From a bacterium (GTDB taxonomy: Bacteria > Bacteroidota > Ignavibacteria > UBA10030), in the NCBI GenBank assembly GCA_043803945.1, contig JAZDJN010000014.1, positions 1 to 39,248 on the forward strand: DNA of 39,248 nt, given 5' to 3'. Each line of letters opens with the position of its first letter. Within the stretch, counting starts at the first letter, position 1. This document shows, in pieces, positions 1 through 9,794 of the stretch. The position numbers and the translations under genes are program-made. A model generated the notes under the pieces. The model saw only the letters and a program-made list of their open reading frames with translations. It was not told the origin of the DNA and searched no databases.

Positions 1-126
1 GCACGATTAGGTGGGTTCTTAGGACGCAAGGGTGATGGATATCCGGGTGTGAAAGTATTGTGGCGCGGCTTGAGACGTCTCGATGATATTGCTCAAGCCT
101 ATCTCATTTTTCAAAGATATGGGTAA
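1..126 (+). CDS. IS4-family (IS50/Tn5-like) transposase, C-terminal fragment (partial at window edge)
   Basis: Frame 1 reads ARLGGFLGRKGDGYPGVKVLWRGLRRLDDIAQAYLIFQRYG*. LGGFLGRKGDGxPGxKxLWRG is the typical C-terminal dimerisation-domain motif of Tn5-like transposases. Not in the ORF track. Confidence 0.9.
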   Translation, partial: ARLGGFLGRKGDGYPGVKVLWRGLRRLDDIAQAYLIFQRYG

Positions 127-133
127 TGATAAG
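1..133 (+). mobile_element. Right end of an IS4-family (IS50-like) insertion sequence; 19-bp terminal repeat at 115-133
   Basis: AGATATGGGTAATGATAAG (revcomp CTTATCATTACCCATATCT) overlaps the transposase stop and resembles the 19-bp IS50 outside end CTGACTCTTATACACAAGT in length and pattern. Confidence 0.75.
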
Positions 134-280
134 CTTTGCGAAAGGGGGAAATGTTCCTCCAGTAGAACAACAATTCTTCATCAAATCCGCTCAATATGTT
201 ATCGCTATATAAATAGATGGAAAACAGATTATTTTTTGACTGAACTATGCTGAGCAATTACATAAATTCAATGTGTATCG

Positions 281-3166
281 TTATTGTAATTCAACGGACA
301 TCATATAATTCCGTTCGAATAACTCTTCCCAGACCCAAAGATCTGCCGTTGTCTGGACTCCCAGTCTGATGCCAAGCTTTTTCCCCTTTGCTAGTGTCAA
401 TCCATAGAGCTCGTTCTTTGGTATTGCGATTGTCATGACATATCGGCGGGATTTCGAATCCCTTTTTAATGACAGGGATAGATTGGACGTGTGGAGAATA
501 TCGCGTCGATCTCGAGGAGGATCTGTGAAGCTGGAACAGTCGCGTAAGTAGTAATCACCGACACGCATAGAATCTCCAGCAGTGTGTAAGCGCAGTTGAA
601 TGTTGTCGAAACCATGAAACCAGCCGTCATTCTGCGCGTCAATCTGAAACAGTATATTCACATGTTTATCGGAAGATGTAGAGAGGATCAGGGATGAGTC
701 AGTCCATGCAAGTGCAAAAGTCACTGAGAAGGAGTCACTCTCTATTCTTCCAAATTCTTTTGACCAGAGATCGTTTCCCGGCCGAAGCTCATCAATTCGT
801 GGTTGAATAGGATACAATGGTTCCGGATCGTTTCCATCGAGTATGCCATCGGAATCTGAATCAGAGGAGTTCAACAATGTGCCTCTTGAAGTTCCTGCCA
901 TTATTTCCTGAAGATCATTCAAACCATCATTGTCGGTATCGCGTAAAGCTGGATTACCGCCAAGTCGCTGTTCATCGAAAGGAAGAGAAGGATCATTATC
1001 GGGAACTCCGTCCTGATCAGCATCTTCGGTTTCGTACAATTGTCCGTAATTAAGCGTTAACCAGGAATCTTTCTCTGCCAGCCGCATAATCTGAGCATTG
1101 AAATCAAAATCCTCTCCAAAACGTCCTGGCATTTTCCAGGGAATATCGGCATGGTAATATTCCTCGTAACCACTCCTCTCCATCAAGGCATCAATTTGAT
1201 GATGAAATTCATGCGTGATTAGCCAGTCTTGGCGGCTGAATCTGTCCTGAAAAGGATTGCTTGTGTATCCGGCATTCTTCCCAAATTTCCATGGTGCAGG
1301 GATTCCATACGTACCTCCACCGATTGCTTGACGGATACTTATGGAGTCTTTCTTAACCGGATCCGCCATTGCACTTTTTCTTCGTGGGGGATAGTTAATC
1401 CATGCATAGGGGCAAATCAATCCGGCATAATATTCCGGAGATCTGTTGAACGAAGATGCAGCTCTTTCATAGTCCTTCGTGACTCGATTATTGGGAGAAA
1501 GCCAGTAGGGGTCGCTCACCCCAACATCGCGTAAGTAAAGTGTATCTTCTACAACAAAGAAATCAAAGTCGAGGGCAAGCCGGCAGCTGGAATTTCGGAA
1601 ATAGAATTCCCGGTTTAAGACGATTGCCTGTTTTAAGTATTCGATCTCTTCCTTGGACAATGAGCGCCCATCTGGAATTGATGGGTAGGTGGATTTCGGA
1701 TAAGCGTCTCTATAAGTTATCGTCCGATAGACCATACACAGCACAGGCAGTCGTGTGACGAGTGATTTCTTTGGAGATGAGGGGAGAGTCACGAATTTGA
1801 ATAAGCGTGAATTTGCTGCAGAGAGGGGAATCGTCATCAGGGCCGGAGAATATTGATAGGAATAGCGCGTTGACGGTGTCAAGTTGTTGAGGATCGCGCT
1901 GAAAGCCCCTCTTGCAGTTTTTGTGACCCGTCCTCGTTCCCATCCGCTTTTCCGGTTGTCCTGAAACGAAACTGTTGGATGGTCTTTTGAATGGGAAGTC
2001 CATCGAATCTCTGCTTCGGAAGGCGAGAAGGTGTGAATCAATGGCTTGGGAGATACACTTCGTAAGGGAAGGAATACAATCCTATCGTAATCGGCAACTA
2101 GAAGAGTGGAGTCGTTCAACAATGCAATCCCGGAAGGGGTTTTAAATCCCCCGATAATTTCCGCACGATAGCTCTTGAGATGCTTTTGTTGATGATCGAA
2201 TTCAAAGATACCATTCGTACCGGCATCGGAAATAAATAGTGACTGCTTATTTGCTGCAAGGGCGACAGGTTTTGAAAAGTAATTCGCGATGAAATCACGT
2301 GTTCTCGTTTTAGTATCAAGTACCTGGACAGTCTTATTGGAAATGGAATATTCTTTTGTACCGATACGAATCGTATGATCTGGGATAGGCTTGGTTTTCT
2401 GAATCACCTGATGCAGGATGATTCCTTCCGGATTGAGTGTCTGAAGAAGATGGTGTTCAGGAAGATAGATCTGAATATTACCCCGTTCTGTTCGGAGATA
2501 GTGTATGTGCGTGAGTGATGCCTGAGCACCGACAACCGGTGTTGGAGGTTTTGCGGATGGTGTATCACTAAAGATTCGAACAGATTGAAATTCGCTTGTT
2601 CCCTCGGAAGCTTGCAGGCCAAAATACCCGGATTGAAATAGTAACGCTGTATCCACGCCGAGTAATTTGTCGTTCACAATCACTTCATATCTTCTCTTCA
2701 CGGGATCTACGTTAATAAGCAGCGTGGTCCAATCAGTAGGAAGGACAGGTGATTCAAAGGTGCTTGTTGCTATAAATTCTCCCGCACCATTGAAGAATCC
2801 CGTGAGAATATTTTTCTCATCAAAACGTATCATCTGAGAGAGTGCTTTTGAAGCAGTATCGTCGAGACTAAAATATATTCCTGCTCGAATTCCACGAAGG
2901 ACGACTTCAATCGAATACGGTGTCGTTTCAAAGAGGTAATAGCGAGAAGAGAATAATTGATCATAGTTTCGTGTTTGGATTGCTGCTGATCCCTGCCTGA
3001 TCATCCATTCTGATCCTGGTGCTGCCCATTGCGTTGAACTACTCTTCAGTTGAAAGTGATCCTCAAACCACATCACCTGGGCGTGCACGTTTGCAGTGAT
3101 ACAAGTGAAGAAGAACAGCAACAGAAGCTTACGCAAGGTCCTTGTCAACATTTGCCTCTTTCTCAT
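281..3166 (-). CDS. Secreted multidomain protein: ConA/DUF1080-like, NHL-like, FN3-like, HEXXH zinc-peptidase-like, TSP3-type Ca-binding repeats, CBM9/DOMON-like C-terminus
   Basis: 961-aa ORF with signal peptide (NVHA|Q), SGYFGLQ...EFQSVRI motif, LFISDAGTNGI/LLVADYDRI NHL-like strands, THEFHH and DxDxDG repeats (DADQDGVPD, DTDNDGLND, DSDSDGILD). Start overlaps the upstream stop (ATGA). Confidence 0.7.
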   Translation of the reverse strand: MRKRQMLTRTLRKLLLLFFFTCITANVHAQVMWFEDHFQLKSSSTQWAAPGSEWMIRQGSAAIQTRNYDQLFSSRYYLFETTPYSIEVVLRGIRAGIYFSLDDTASKALSQMIRFDEKNILTGFFNGAGEFIATSTFESPVLPTDWTTLLINVDPVKRRYEVIVNDKLLGVDTALLFQSGYFGLQASEGTSEFQSVRIFSDTPSAKPPTPVVGAQASLTHIHYLRTERGNIQIYLPEHHLLQTLNPEGIILHQVIQKTKPIPDHTIRIGTKEYSISNKTVQVLDTKTRTRDFIANYFSKPVALAANKQSLFISDAGTNGIFEFDHQQKHLKSYRAEIIGGFKTPSGIALLNDSTLLVADYDRIVFLPLRSVSPKPLIHTFSPSEAEIRWTSHSKDHPTVSFQDNRKSGWERGRVTKTARGAFSAILNNLTPSTRYSYQYSPALMTIPLSAANSRLFKFVTLPSSPKKSLVTRLPVLCMVYRTITYRDAYPKSTYPSIPDGRSLSKEEIEYLKQAIVLNREFYFRNSSCRLALDFDFFVVEDTLYLRDVGVSDPYWLSPNNRVTKDYERAASSFNRSPEYYAGLICPYAWINYPPRRKSAMADPVKKDSISIRQAIGGGTYGIPAPWKFGKNAGYTSNPFQDRFSRQDWLITHEFHHQIDALMERSGYEEYYHADIPWKMPGRFGEDFDFNAQIMRLAEKDSWLTLNYGQLYETEDADQDGVPDNDPSLPFDEQRLGGNPALRDTDNDGLNDLQEIMAGTSRGTLLNSSDSDSDGILDGNDPEPLYPIQPRIDELRPGNDLWSKEFGRIESDSFSVTFALAWTDSSLILSTSSDKHVNILFQIDAQNDGWFHGFDNIQLRLHTAGDSMRVGDYYLRDCSSFTDPPRDRRDILHTSNLSLSLKRDSKSRRYVMTIAIPKNELYGLTLAKGKKLGIRLGVQTTADLWVWEELFERNYMMSVELQ

Positions 3167-3387
3167 TTCAAGAATAATTCGATAACAGGGATCTCAACAT
3201 TGGGCTTATGAATTGGGAGTTTGAGAACCAGATCACCCTGTTTCGATTCGTCACCGATCCACGTCGTTTCCTTTTTCAAACTCATTTTGACTTCGGAAGC
3301 ATCATGAAGGAGTTGCGCATACTTCACCTTGTCTGCATACCCTTCTAGCAGGAGTTGCCCCTTTGAATAATTAGACAAGTGTGGCAC
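3163..3387 (-). pseudogene. C-terminal remnant of an alpha-L-fucosidase (GH29)
   Basis: HLSNYSKGQLLLEGYADKVKYAQLLHDASEVKM...LVLKLPIHKPNVEIPVIELFLK* matches the characteristic GH29 C-terminal beta-domain ending. No catalytic domain is present; the upstream part of the track ORF overlaps the APC permease. Confidence 0.75.
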
Positions 3388-4696
3388 TTCTCTTTCTTCT
3401 CCGATGTATAAAATAAAAAAGAACGCCTGCCCCGAGGAAGAACAAGCCTGCAAGTGCTTCCGTAGGTTTCTCAAATAAGGTATAACCGACAAAGAGGAAA
3501 GAAATGACGACGAAGAAGATCGGAACAATTGGATAGCCCAGAGTGCGGTAAGGTCTCTCAGCATTTGGAAGCTTTTTCCGGAAGATTAATACGCTCAGCC
3601 CTGTCAATCCGAAAAAAATCCAATCGGTGAAGACGACATACGAGATCAGGCTTTCGAATGTCCCCCAGAACAGAATGAGGCAAATTGCCCAGAAGGATTG
3701 GAAGAGAATGGCATAGATCGGTGTACCAAATCGAGGATGAATCTCAGCCACCTTTTTAAAAAATATTCCATCTCGAGCCATTGCATAATAAATTCGCGGT
3801 GCAGTAAGTGTATAGATGCCGGTTGTTCCAAATGTTGAAATAAAGATTGTAATAGCAATGATGGTCCCGCCCACAGGCCCAAGCACGGTCGAGATGGCAT
3901 CCGATGCAACGCGGGAAGAAGAGGCCATCTGAGAAGGCGAAAGAAGCATCATGTAGCATACGTTGATGAGTATGTAAAGGGCTGTAACGATTACTGTTCC
4001 GGCAATCAGGGATATCGGCATGTCGCGGCGTGGATTTTTTGCTTCCCCTGCCGTGAAGGTTGCATGCTGCCAACCTCCATAGGACCAGAGAATGCTGACG
4101 AACGCTAATGTCAAAGCACTGCCCAATCCATTCGGCAGATTCCCGAGGGATTGAGAATAATCCGTTGTCGATGATGATCCCCAGAAGAGTCCGACCACAA
4201 TCAGAAAAATAATACCTAGGAGCTTCAGCACTGTGAAGAGATCGGAGAAAATTCCACCGGCTTTTACACCCAGAATATTGACCACAGTCACTAATACGAT
4301 ACCTGCGATCGCAACGATGAGTGTACCTGCAGAGGAGAGGGGAATGAAGTATCCGAAGTAGGTCGAAAATGCGATGGAGAGTGCCGCAATGCCGCCGGTA
4401 TTCGTGACGACAAAATAGGACCAACCATAGAGGAAACCGGGTAATTCTCCATAAGCTTTACGAATGAAAACATAAACACCGCCGGCTTCAGGAAACATTG
4501 CACCAAGTTCCGCATAGGTCAATCCTCCAGCAAGCGCAACAAGCCCACCCAGTATCCAGATGCCAAGAATCCACATGGGTGAAGGCAATTGTTGTGCAAT
4601 CAAGGCCGGCGTCAGGAATATTCCAGATCCAATGGTGGAACCGACAGCAATCATTATGAGGTCAAAGCGGGAAAGTTTGCGCTTAAGTTCGGTCAT
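3371..4696 (-). CDS. APC-superfamily amino acid permease (SteT/LAT-like)
   Basis: 441 aa with ~12 hydrophobic segments and motifs IGSGIF, YAELGAMFPEAGG, WSYGGW, PRIYYAMARDG, RPYRTLGYP. Confidence 0.93.
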   Translation of the reverse strand: MTELKRKLSRFDLIMIAVGSTIGSGIFLTPALIAQQLPSPMWILGIWILGGLVALAGGLTYAELGAMFPEAGGVYVFIRKAYGELPGFLYGWSYFVVTNTGGIAALSIAFSTYFGYFIPLSSAGTLIVAIAGIVLVTVVNILGVKAGGIFSDLFTVLKLLGIIFLIVVGLFWGSSSTTDYSQSLGNLPNGLGSALTLAFVSILWSYGGWQHATFTAGEAKNPRRDMPISLIAGTVIVTALYILINVCYMMLLSPSQMASSSRVASDAISTVLGPVGGTIIAITIFISTFGTTGIYTLTAPRIYYAMARDGIFFKKVAEIHPRFGTPIYAILFQSFWAICLILFWGTFESLISYVVFTDWIFFGLTGLSVLIFRKKLPNAERPYRTLGYPIVPIFFVVISFLFVGYTLFEKPTEALAGLFFLGAGVLFYFIHRRRKRSATLV

Positions 4697-4894
4697 AATG
4701 CGGTTAGCCCCTGCCGGTTATTGAGGTATCCTGAAACGTTATCATGATACTGCACATCGGGAATTCTGAATGGGAGATATTTGAAAATAATTTATTGTTT
4801 AAGATGTCAAGACTCAAAATACAATCTGGGCTGCCCAAGAGGTTGCTCTACTATCACCATGGCGTTCTTGGCGGTTTTCTTATTCAGTACCCTG

Positions 4895-7147
4895 CTAAAT
4901 TTGCACCTCGATCGGTTTTCCGATTCGACTATCAGCGTGGAGTTTCTCATCAATCCACACCGTGAATTTATCTCCTGCGATTTGCACCCGCAGCATTCTC
5001 TCTCTTATTTTTACCCGATCGATGGTGAGCGTCTTTAAGCCAAAGGGAAACGGATCGATTGTTACGGAATACTCTTCCGGTCTGATACCGCAGACATATT
5101 TGAGGATCAGATCATTGATCACAGAGTGCTGATAGTCATCGATGCCGCGATAGGAACTTGGTTTTCCTGAAAAAGGATTATAATGTTCAAAACAATTTGG
5201 TTTTTTTGGATTGCCATCGAAGAACAACATTTTGATATAAGTTGAAATGAATTCCACTGCCTTCTTCCGCAATTCACCGTCATGGAATCGAATGGCACAT
5301 GACGCAAGAGCTTCTGCGATGTGGGAGTTCGTCATAGGCCAGACACGTCCATTCCAGGGGCAGTTCATACGCTTGCCCTTCCAGTGAGGAACATCGCTGA
5401 AGTATTTATCGTCTACGCTGGAGGAAGGAACTGGATATGGTGTCCAGAATTCATTCGGATTGAAAAGATGGCGTTTTAAACCGGCGAGATGAGACGCATC
5501 GACAATATCGGTGAAGTACGGATAGAAGCAGGTCGTTGCCTTCACCTGTGTTCTCTTGCCAGTCGCAGGATCGACATCGAAAAACATTTCCTGATCGGGG
5601 TCCCACATAATTGACAGGATCGCAGTTTTGATTCGTGCTGCCTCTAGATTCCAGAGGTCTGCTTCATCATTCTTCCCGAGCAGATCAGCAAAGTGAGCGA
5701 GAGCTTTTTTAAGCTCATAGAGATAGACCGTGACATCGACGCCTTTCAATCGAAAAACAATACCCCAATTATCCTGATCCGCTTTTAGATCAACGGCGAG
5801 ATAACGGTGCATATATTCCTGCCCGGTTTCGTAATGATTGTCAATGTCGTAGAGACCGCTTACTTCTTCGTCCCGCTCCTTATCAAAATATCCGACATAG
5901 CGTTTCAGGCCGTCAAAGACTTCTTGAAGATACTCAAGAGAAGGGTGGATGGAGTGAAGTTGCAGAAGAGAATTACCCCAGTTTGCATGATAGAACATCT
6001 CATTTCTGTAATGATTGACATCGATGTAGCCCCTGAATCCTCCATCATCACGCTGGTTATCAATGAAGCACTGAAGAATGCCTCGTGCAAGTTCAGGGTC
6101 ATGCATCCAGCGGGTTTCTACTATATGCCCCTGCGCGCTGTAAGTGATCGGCGCTCTGAAATATCCAATCCCTTCACAGACGAAAGGCCTCTTGTAGTTT
6201 CCTTCATTACCATATTGTGTATTCAGTTTCAAACCGTACCAGCGGTACCAGTAGTAACGTGTCAGATAATCATCCGAACAGGTGAACCCAGGAACAGTGC
6301 CAAAATATTCCTTCCAGTTCATCGTGCTTAATGCCGCCGGTGATCGTCGGTGCTGAATAGGCTGAAGGTTTTCGAGCGATTCGCTCTGCGATGGTGATGC
6401 TGCAAACGCGGCTGTGATCTGCTTCTTCGCTCCAGACTTTAGCATCACTTTTTTATGCAAGGCGATATAGAGAAGTCCATCATTGGTTACACCATCGAGT
6501 TGCACCTCGTTGGGTAATCGGCCGTTCCGAAACGTTTCATAAAAGGGGGTCAATCTCCAGTGAGGTTGTTTGGCAGTTGATTCACTCAAGTTGACACCAT
6601 AGGATGAAGCTTCATGGCTTAATGTTAAAGCACATCCGACTGCAAGATGAGGAGCTACCGATGGGCGAAGAAATTTTGTAAATGCGCATCCACCAGTACT
6701 GGCTGTGACTTCATTGACCCATGAGGACTGCTTCGACGGATAATTGTCCTGTGCAGACCATGCGATAAGATGCAGCACGATCGTTTTTTTTGAAGTGTTC
6801 GCGAGGTGGAGCGTACTGGCAGCGACATCATTCGGCAGGAGTGTCTTTTCCTCAGTGAGTGAAAGGGGAAAATGTTTCCCTTCCATTGCGACGCTGTACG
6901 ATTGGGTGATGATACTAGGATTCCAGATTCGTTTCTGAACAGAGAGTTCTACGAGCTTGCCATCCTCAGTTAAAAGTGTCCAGGTAAATAATGGTTCCAG
7001 CTCATAATTGTAGTAATGGGCTTTATCCCAGAAGCCGGGATAATCAAGGAACAGGGGAAAAGGGGGTGCCCAGAGCAGGCGATTCCCTCCGCCCAAATAC
7101 CATTTATCATCGCGAGCCAGGTAACTCAGAAGATCAATCGTTTTCAT
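4895..7147 (-). CDS. Cytoplasmic MGH1-like/trehalase-like (alpha/alpha)6 glycoside hydrolase (GH63-related)
   Basis: 750 aa, no signal peptide. Motifs: ETGQE, MWDPDQEMFFDVD, FWTPYPVPS, WNGRVWPMTN, FEHYNPFSG. Confidence 0.8.
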   Translation of the reverse strand: MKTIDLLSYLARDDKWYLGGGNRLLWAPPFPLFLDYPGFWDKAHYYNYELEPLFTWTLLTEDGKLVELSVQKRIWNPSIITQSYSVAMEGKHFPLSLTEEKTLLPNDVAASTLHLANTSKKTIVLHLIAWSAQDNYPSKQSSWVNEVTASTGGCAFTKFLRPSVAPHLAVGCALTLSHEASSYGVNLSESTAKQPHWRLTPFYETFRNGRLPNEVQLDGVTNDGLLYIALHKKVMLKSGAKKQITAAFAASPSQSESLENLQPIQHRRSPAALSTMNWKEYFGTVPGFTCSDDYLTRYYWYRWYGLKLNTQYGNEGNYKRPFVCEGIGYFRAPITYSAQGHIVETRWMHDPELARGILQCFIDNQRDDGGFRGYIDVNHYRNEMFYHANWGNSLLQLHSIHPSLEYLQEVFDGLKRYVGYFDKERDEEVSGLYDIDNHYETGQEYMHRYLAVDLKADQDNWGIVFRLKGVDVTVYLYELKKALAHFADLLGKNDEADLWNLEAARIKTAILSIMWDPDQEMFFDVDPATGKRTQVKATTCFYPYFTDIVDASHLAGLKRHLFNPNEFWTPYPVPSSSVDDKYFSDVPHWKGKRMNCPWNGRVWPMTNSHIAEALASCAIRFHDGELRKKAVEFISTYIKMLFFDGNPKKPNCFEHYNPFSGKPSSYRGIDDYQHSVINDLILKYVCGIRPEEYSVTIDPFPFGLKTLTIDRVKIRERMLRVQIAGDKFTVWIDEKLHADSRIGKPIEVQI

Positions 7148-7156
7148 CGACTCGCC

Positions 7157-9709
7157 TCATTTCAAGGTGATATTGATGGTGTGTCGTACAAACTCATTAA
7201 CCGGACGTGCGGGTATCGAGATTTCAAGATGTGAATCACGCAATGTTGCCCCTTGCAGATCCGAAACCAGGTCAGCATGAAGAAGACCAAGCTGATACTG
7301 ATGTCCTGCTAGACCTTCTACAATAATCTGGAAAGTGTGTTCCTTCATATCAGTGGATAGTATTTTCAAACCTTTATTCAAATCTCCGGTCATGGTTGAG
7401 ATAACCGGCGGTAGAATCTCCACAGTAGGTTTATAGTGGATTACGACGTTTGTTTCTCCGGTTATCTCAAAATCTACAAGTGGCTGTATCGTTTGATGGG
7501 AGACTTTTTCTTTCATAGGCAGCGATATCCCGTTCACTTTGACAGAAAGAATTTTACTCCCTCGAAACAGCGCCGGGGCAAAGCTGCACTTGTACACTTC
7601 TGTATTTTTGGGAGTTATCAGTAACGTAATACAACTGTTCTCTTTCTTATAGTTCAGAGAAAAATATTGACTGCCGATATGAAAATTGGAGACGGAGACA
7701 GTTCGCCAATCAGCGGGGAAATGAGGTGCAAAAGAGATGCTGCGATTCGGGGCGTTTCCCTCAAGGCCGAGCATCCCTCGAACAAATGGAAGGACAACGC
7801 CTGCAGTGCAAAATCCCTGATGCGAGACTGCCTCTTGAGGCCAGATGTTGTGTGTGCCCGAAAAGACCTCTGTTACCTGTCCCAAAGCATTATCAAATGT
7901 GTGATGAACGCTTGCCATTAATGAGTTGAATCCCTGGAGTGCAAAATGATGTTTATATTGAGCTGTGGCTATATAGCTCGTCAGAAATGGCCAGACTGCG
8001 CCGTAATTGTAATTCAATGCTTCATAATATTTGCTCTTGTTTGAAATACTCCTGATTCCCCAATCTGTGGTGAGTTCGGCAGAATTTATTTTCTGAAGAG
8101 ACTTCACACTCCGTTCCGGATCACCAATCTCCCACATCAAGCCGACGGAATTCCATGGTGAAACAATGTCGACGTGATCACCCTTCGCTGTGAACGCATA
8201 GGCGTACTGCTGGTTTTTATCATCCCAGAATTTTTCTCTGAATGTTAATCTGGCGTTCTTCAAGTACTCCGCAGTTTGAGCAGCGAAAGTTTTATCACCA
8301 ACATCCTGCGAGAGAACGGCCATCGCTGAGATTGCCTTCACCCAGACCGCACCGGTATAAACGTCGGATTGAATATCGGTAAGAGGCCCATATTCAAGGG
8401 CGCCGAGTCCTGCTTTTTTGTTATCCATCAATCCATCGCCATTTTCATCAGTTGCCAGCGACCACTGGTAGGCTCGCTTCAAAGAATTCCAACTTGATTT
8501 GATGAAATCGAGATCCCCGGTCCTTGTATAATAATCATATAATGCACAGATGTAGAAGGGTGAAGTATCGCCGTGGATATAACCATAAGGATAGTCTTTC
8601 CACCAATTCAGATACGCTGCAGCCTGCGTTAACTCATGTGCCATCTTACCGTCATCTCGCTGCCACTTCTGTGTGAAAGCAAGAGCGTCCTTGGAAGATT
8701 GAAACGCTCCGTAACTATTTAAGCTCATCGAATTGATGTAAGTGTCGCCGCCAAAAAACCAACCGAATCCTGGTCTGCCGCCCGTGCCCGAAGTACCGAG
8801 GCCAGCCACCATTCCCAAACCGACGTCTGGATTATCAACCATCAGATTGTCATAAGAGATCTTAGCCCATTCGAAAGCAAGGTTAAGCTCCTTGTTTGGG
8901 GTTGTCACGTTCATCGTTGATTGACGAAGCTGAGTGTAGTGTTCGACATTCTGCCTGTAGTAGTGTTCCGGATTCGAGGCAAGTTTTTGATAAAGAGCTT
9001 TGATACTATCCCGTGAACCTTTTCCACCGGCAACAATGATTGGAATATATCGTCCTATACATTGCGCAGGATTGTCGATCGGTATTTTAAATTGATTGGG
9101 GACGTCGGAAAGCATATGCGCCGGAGTATAGGAGATCCCTGAAGCGGCTGGAGATCCAACGTATCCGGTATTCTTCCTCGTTGGTTCAGAAATTTGATAG
9201 GCCTTGATATCGTCGAGCCATCGGGCTGATTGCCCGCCAATCCCAGCGGGCCACATTGGCTGCAGGACCGGGAGGAAGCTGCAAACAATTGTCAATGGTT
9301 CTGTCGAGGATACATCAAGAAGAATGAAAGCCCCCGGCTCATACACCGGTGTGATATAATGAGCTTTGATGGTAAAGGATTGAAAAGTGTAGGTGAGTGT
9401 CGTAACCTCGGGTGTTACAGAGATCAAGCGAACAATGTCCTTGCCACGAATCGGTTCCGTAGAACTGCCGATGAAAAATGAGAATTCAAAATTTCGTAAA
9501 AGTTTTAAGGGGTAAGCCCATGCTTCCACCATACCACTCTCTTGACCAAGCAGAGCGAATTTCCTTCCTGCTTTATCGAAGTACGTTGCGGGTTGTGCAA
9601 GCCTCTGCAGTTTGATATCAGATGATCCCAGTGGAAAGGCAGGGATCGTTGATTCTTGTGCATAAGAATACGTGACGATCAAAGCGATGAGCAAGAATTG
9701 ACGAAGCAT
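7157..9709 (-). CDS. Exported amylo-alpha-1,6-glucosidase/glycogen-debranching-like (alpha/alpha)6 glycoside hydrolase
   Basis: 850 aa, signal peptide (SYA|Q). Motifs: PGFGWFFGGD, QRDDGKMAHE, HGDTSPFY, TDWGIRS, YNYGAVWPFLT, EVFSG. Confidence 0.8.
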   Translation of the reverse strand: MLRQFLLIALIVTYSYAQESTIPAFPLGSSDIKLQRLAQPATYFDKAGRKFALLGQESGMVEAWAYPLKLLRNFEFSFFIGSSTEPIRGKDIVRLISVTPEVTTLTYTFQSFTIKAHYITPVYEPGAFILLDVSSTEPLTIVCSFLPVLQPMWPAGIGGQSARWLDDIKAYQISEPTRKNTGYVGSPAASGISYTPAHMLSDVPNQFKIPIDNPAQCIGRYIPIIVAGGKGSRDSIKALYQKLASNPEHYYRQNVEHYTQLRQSTMNVTTPNKELNLAFEWAKISYDNLMVDNPDVGLGMVAGLGTSGTGGRPGFGWFFGGDTYINSMSLNSYGAFQSSKDALAFTQKWQRDDGKMAHELTQAAAYLNWWKDYPYGYIHGDTSPFYICALYDYYTRTGDLDFIKSSWNSLKRAYQWSLATDENGDGLMDNKKAGLGALEYGPLTDIQSDVYTGAVWVKAISAMAVLSQDVGDKTFAAQTAEYLKNARLTFREKFWDDKNQQYAYAFTAKGDHVDIVSPWNSVGLMWEIGDPERSVKSLQKINSAELTTDWGIRSISNKSKYYEALNYNYGAVWPFLTSYIATAQYKHHFALQGFNSLMASVHHTFDNALGQVTEVFSGTHNIWPQEAVSHQGFCTAGVVLPFVRGMLGLEGNAPNRSISFAPHFPADWRTVSVSNFHIGSQYFSLNYKKENSCITLLITPKNTEVYKCSFAPALFRGSKILSVKVNGISLPMKEKVSHQTIQPLVDFEITGETNVVIHYKPTVEILPPVISTMTGDLNKGLKILSTDMKEHTFQIIVEGLAGHQYQLGLLHADLVSDLQGATLRDSHLEISIPARPVNEFVRHTINITLK

Positions 9710-9794
9710 TGTTCCCTCGATGTGAAATCATTTTTTGTGTATTAATCTCACCATGTGAAAAATAGGAAATATCTTCCATTGTGACAGGATTCAC

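Noticed and set aside
3388-3564. N-terminal part of the 133-aa track ORF
   Set aside because: It is an alternate frame of the APC permease; only the 3' part resembles a real protein.
4785-4810. Minus-strand promoter TTGACA for the APC permease
   Set aside because: The best -10 (TATTTT) is at 15-bp spacing, too weak to call.
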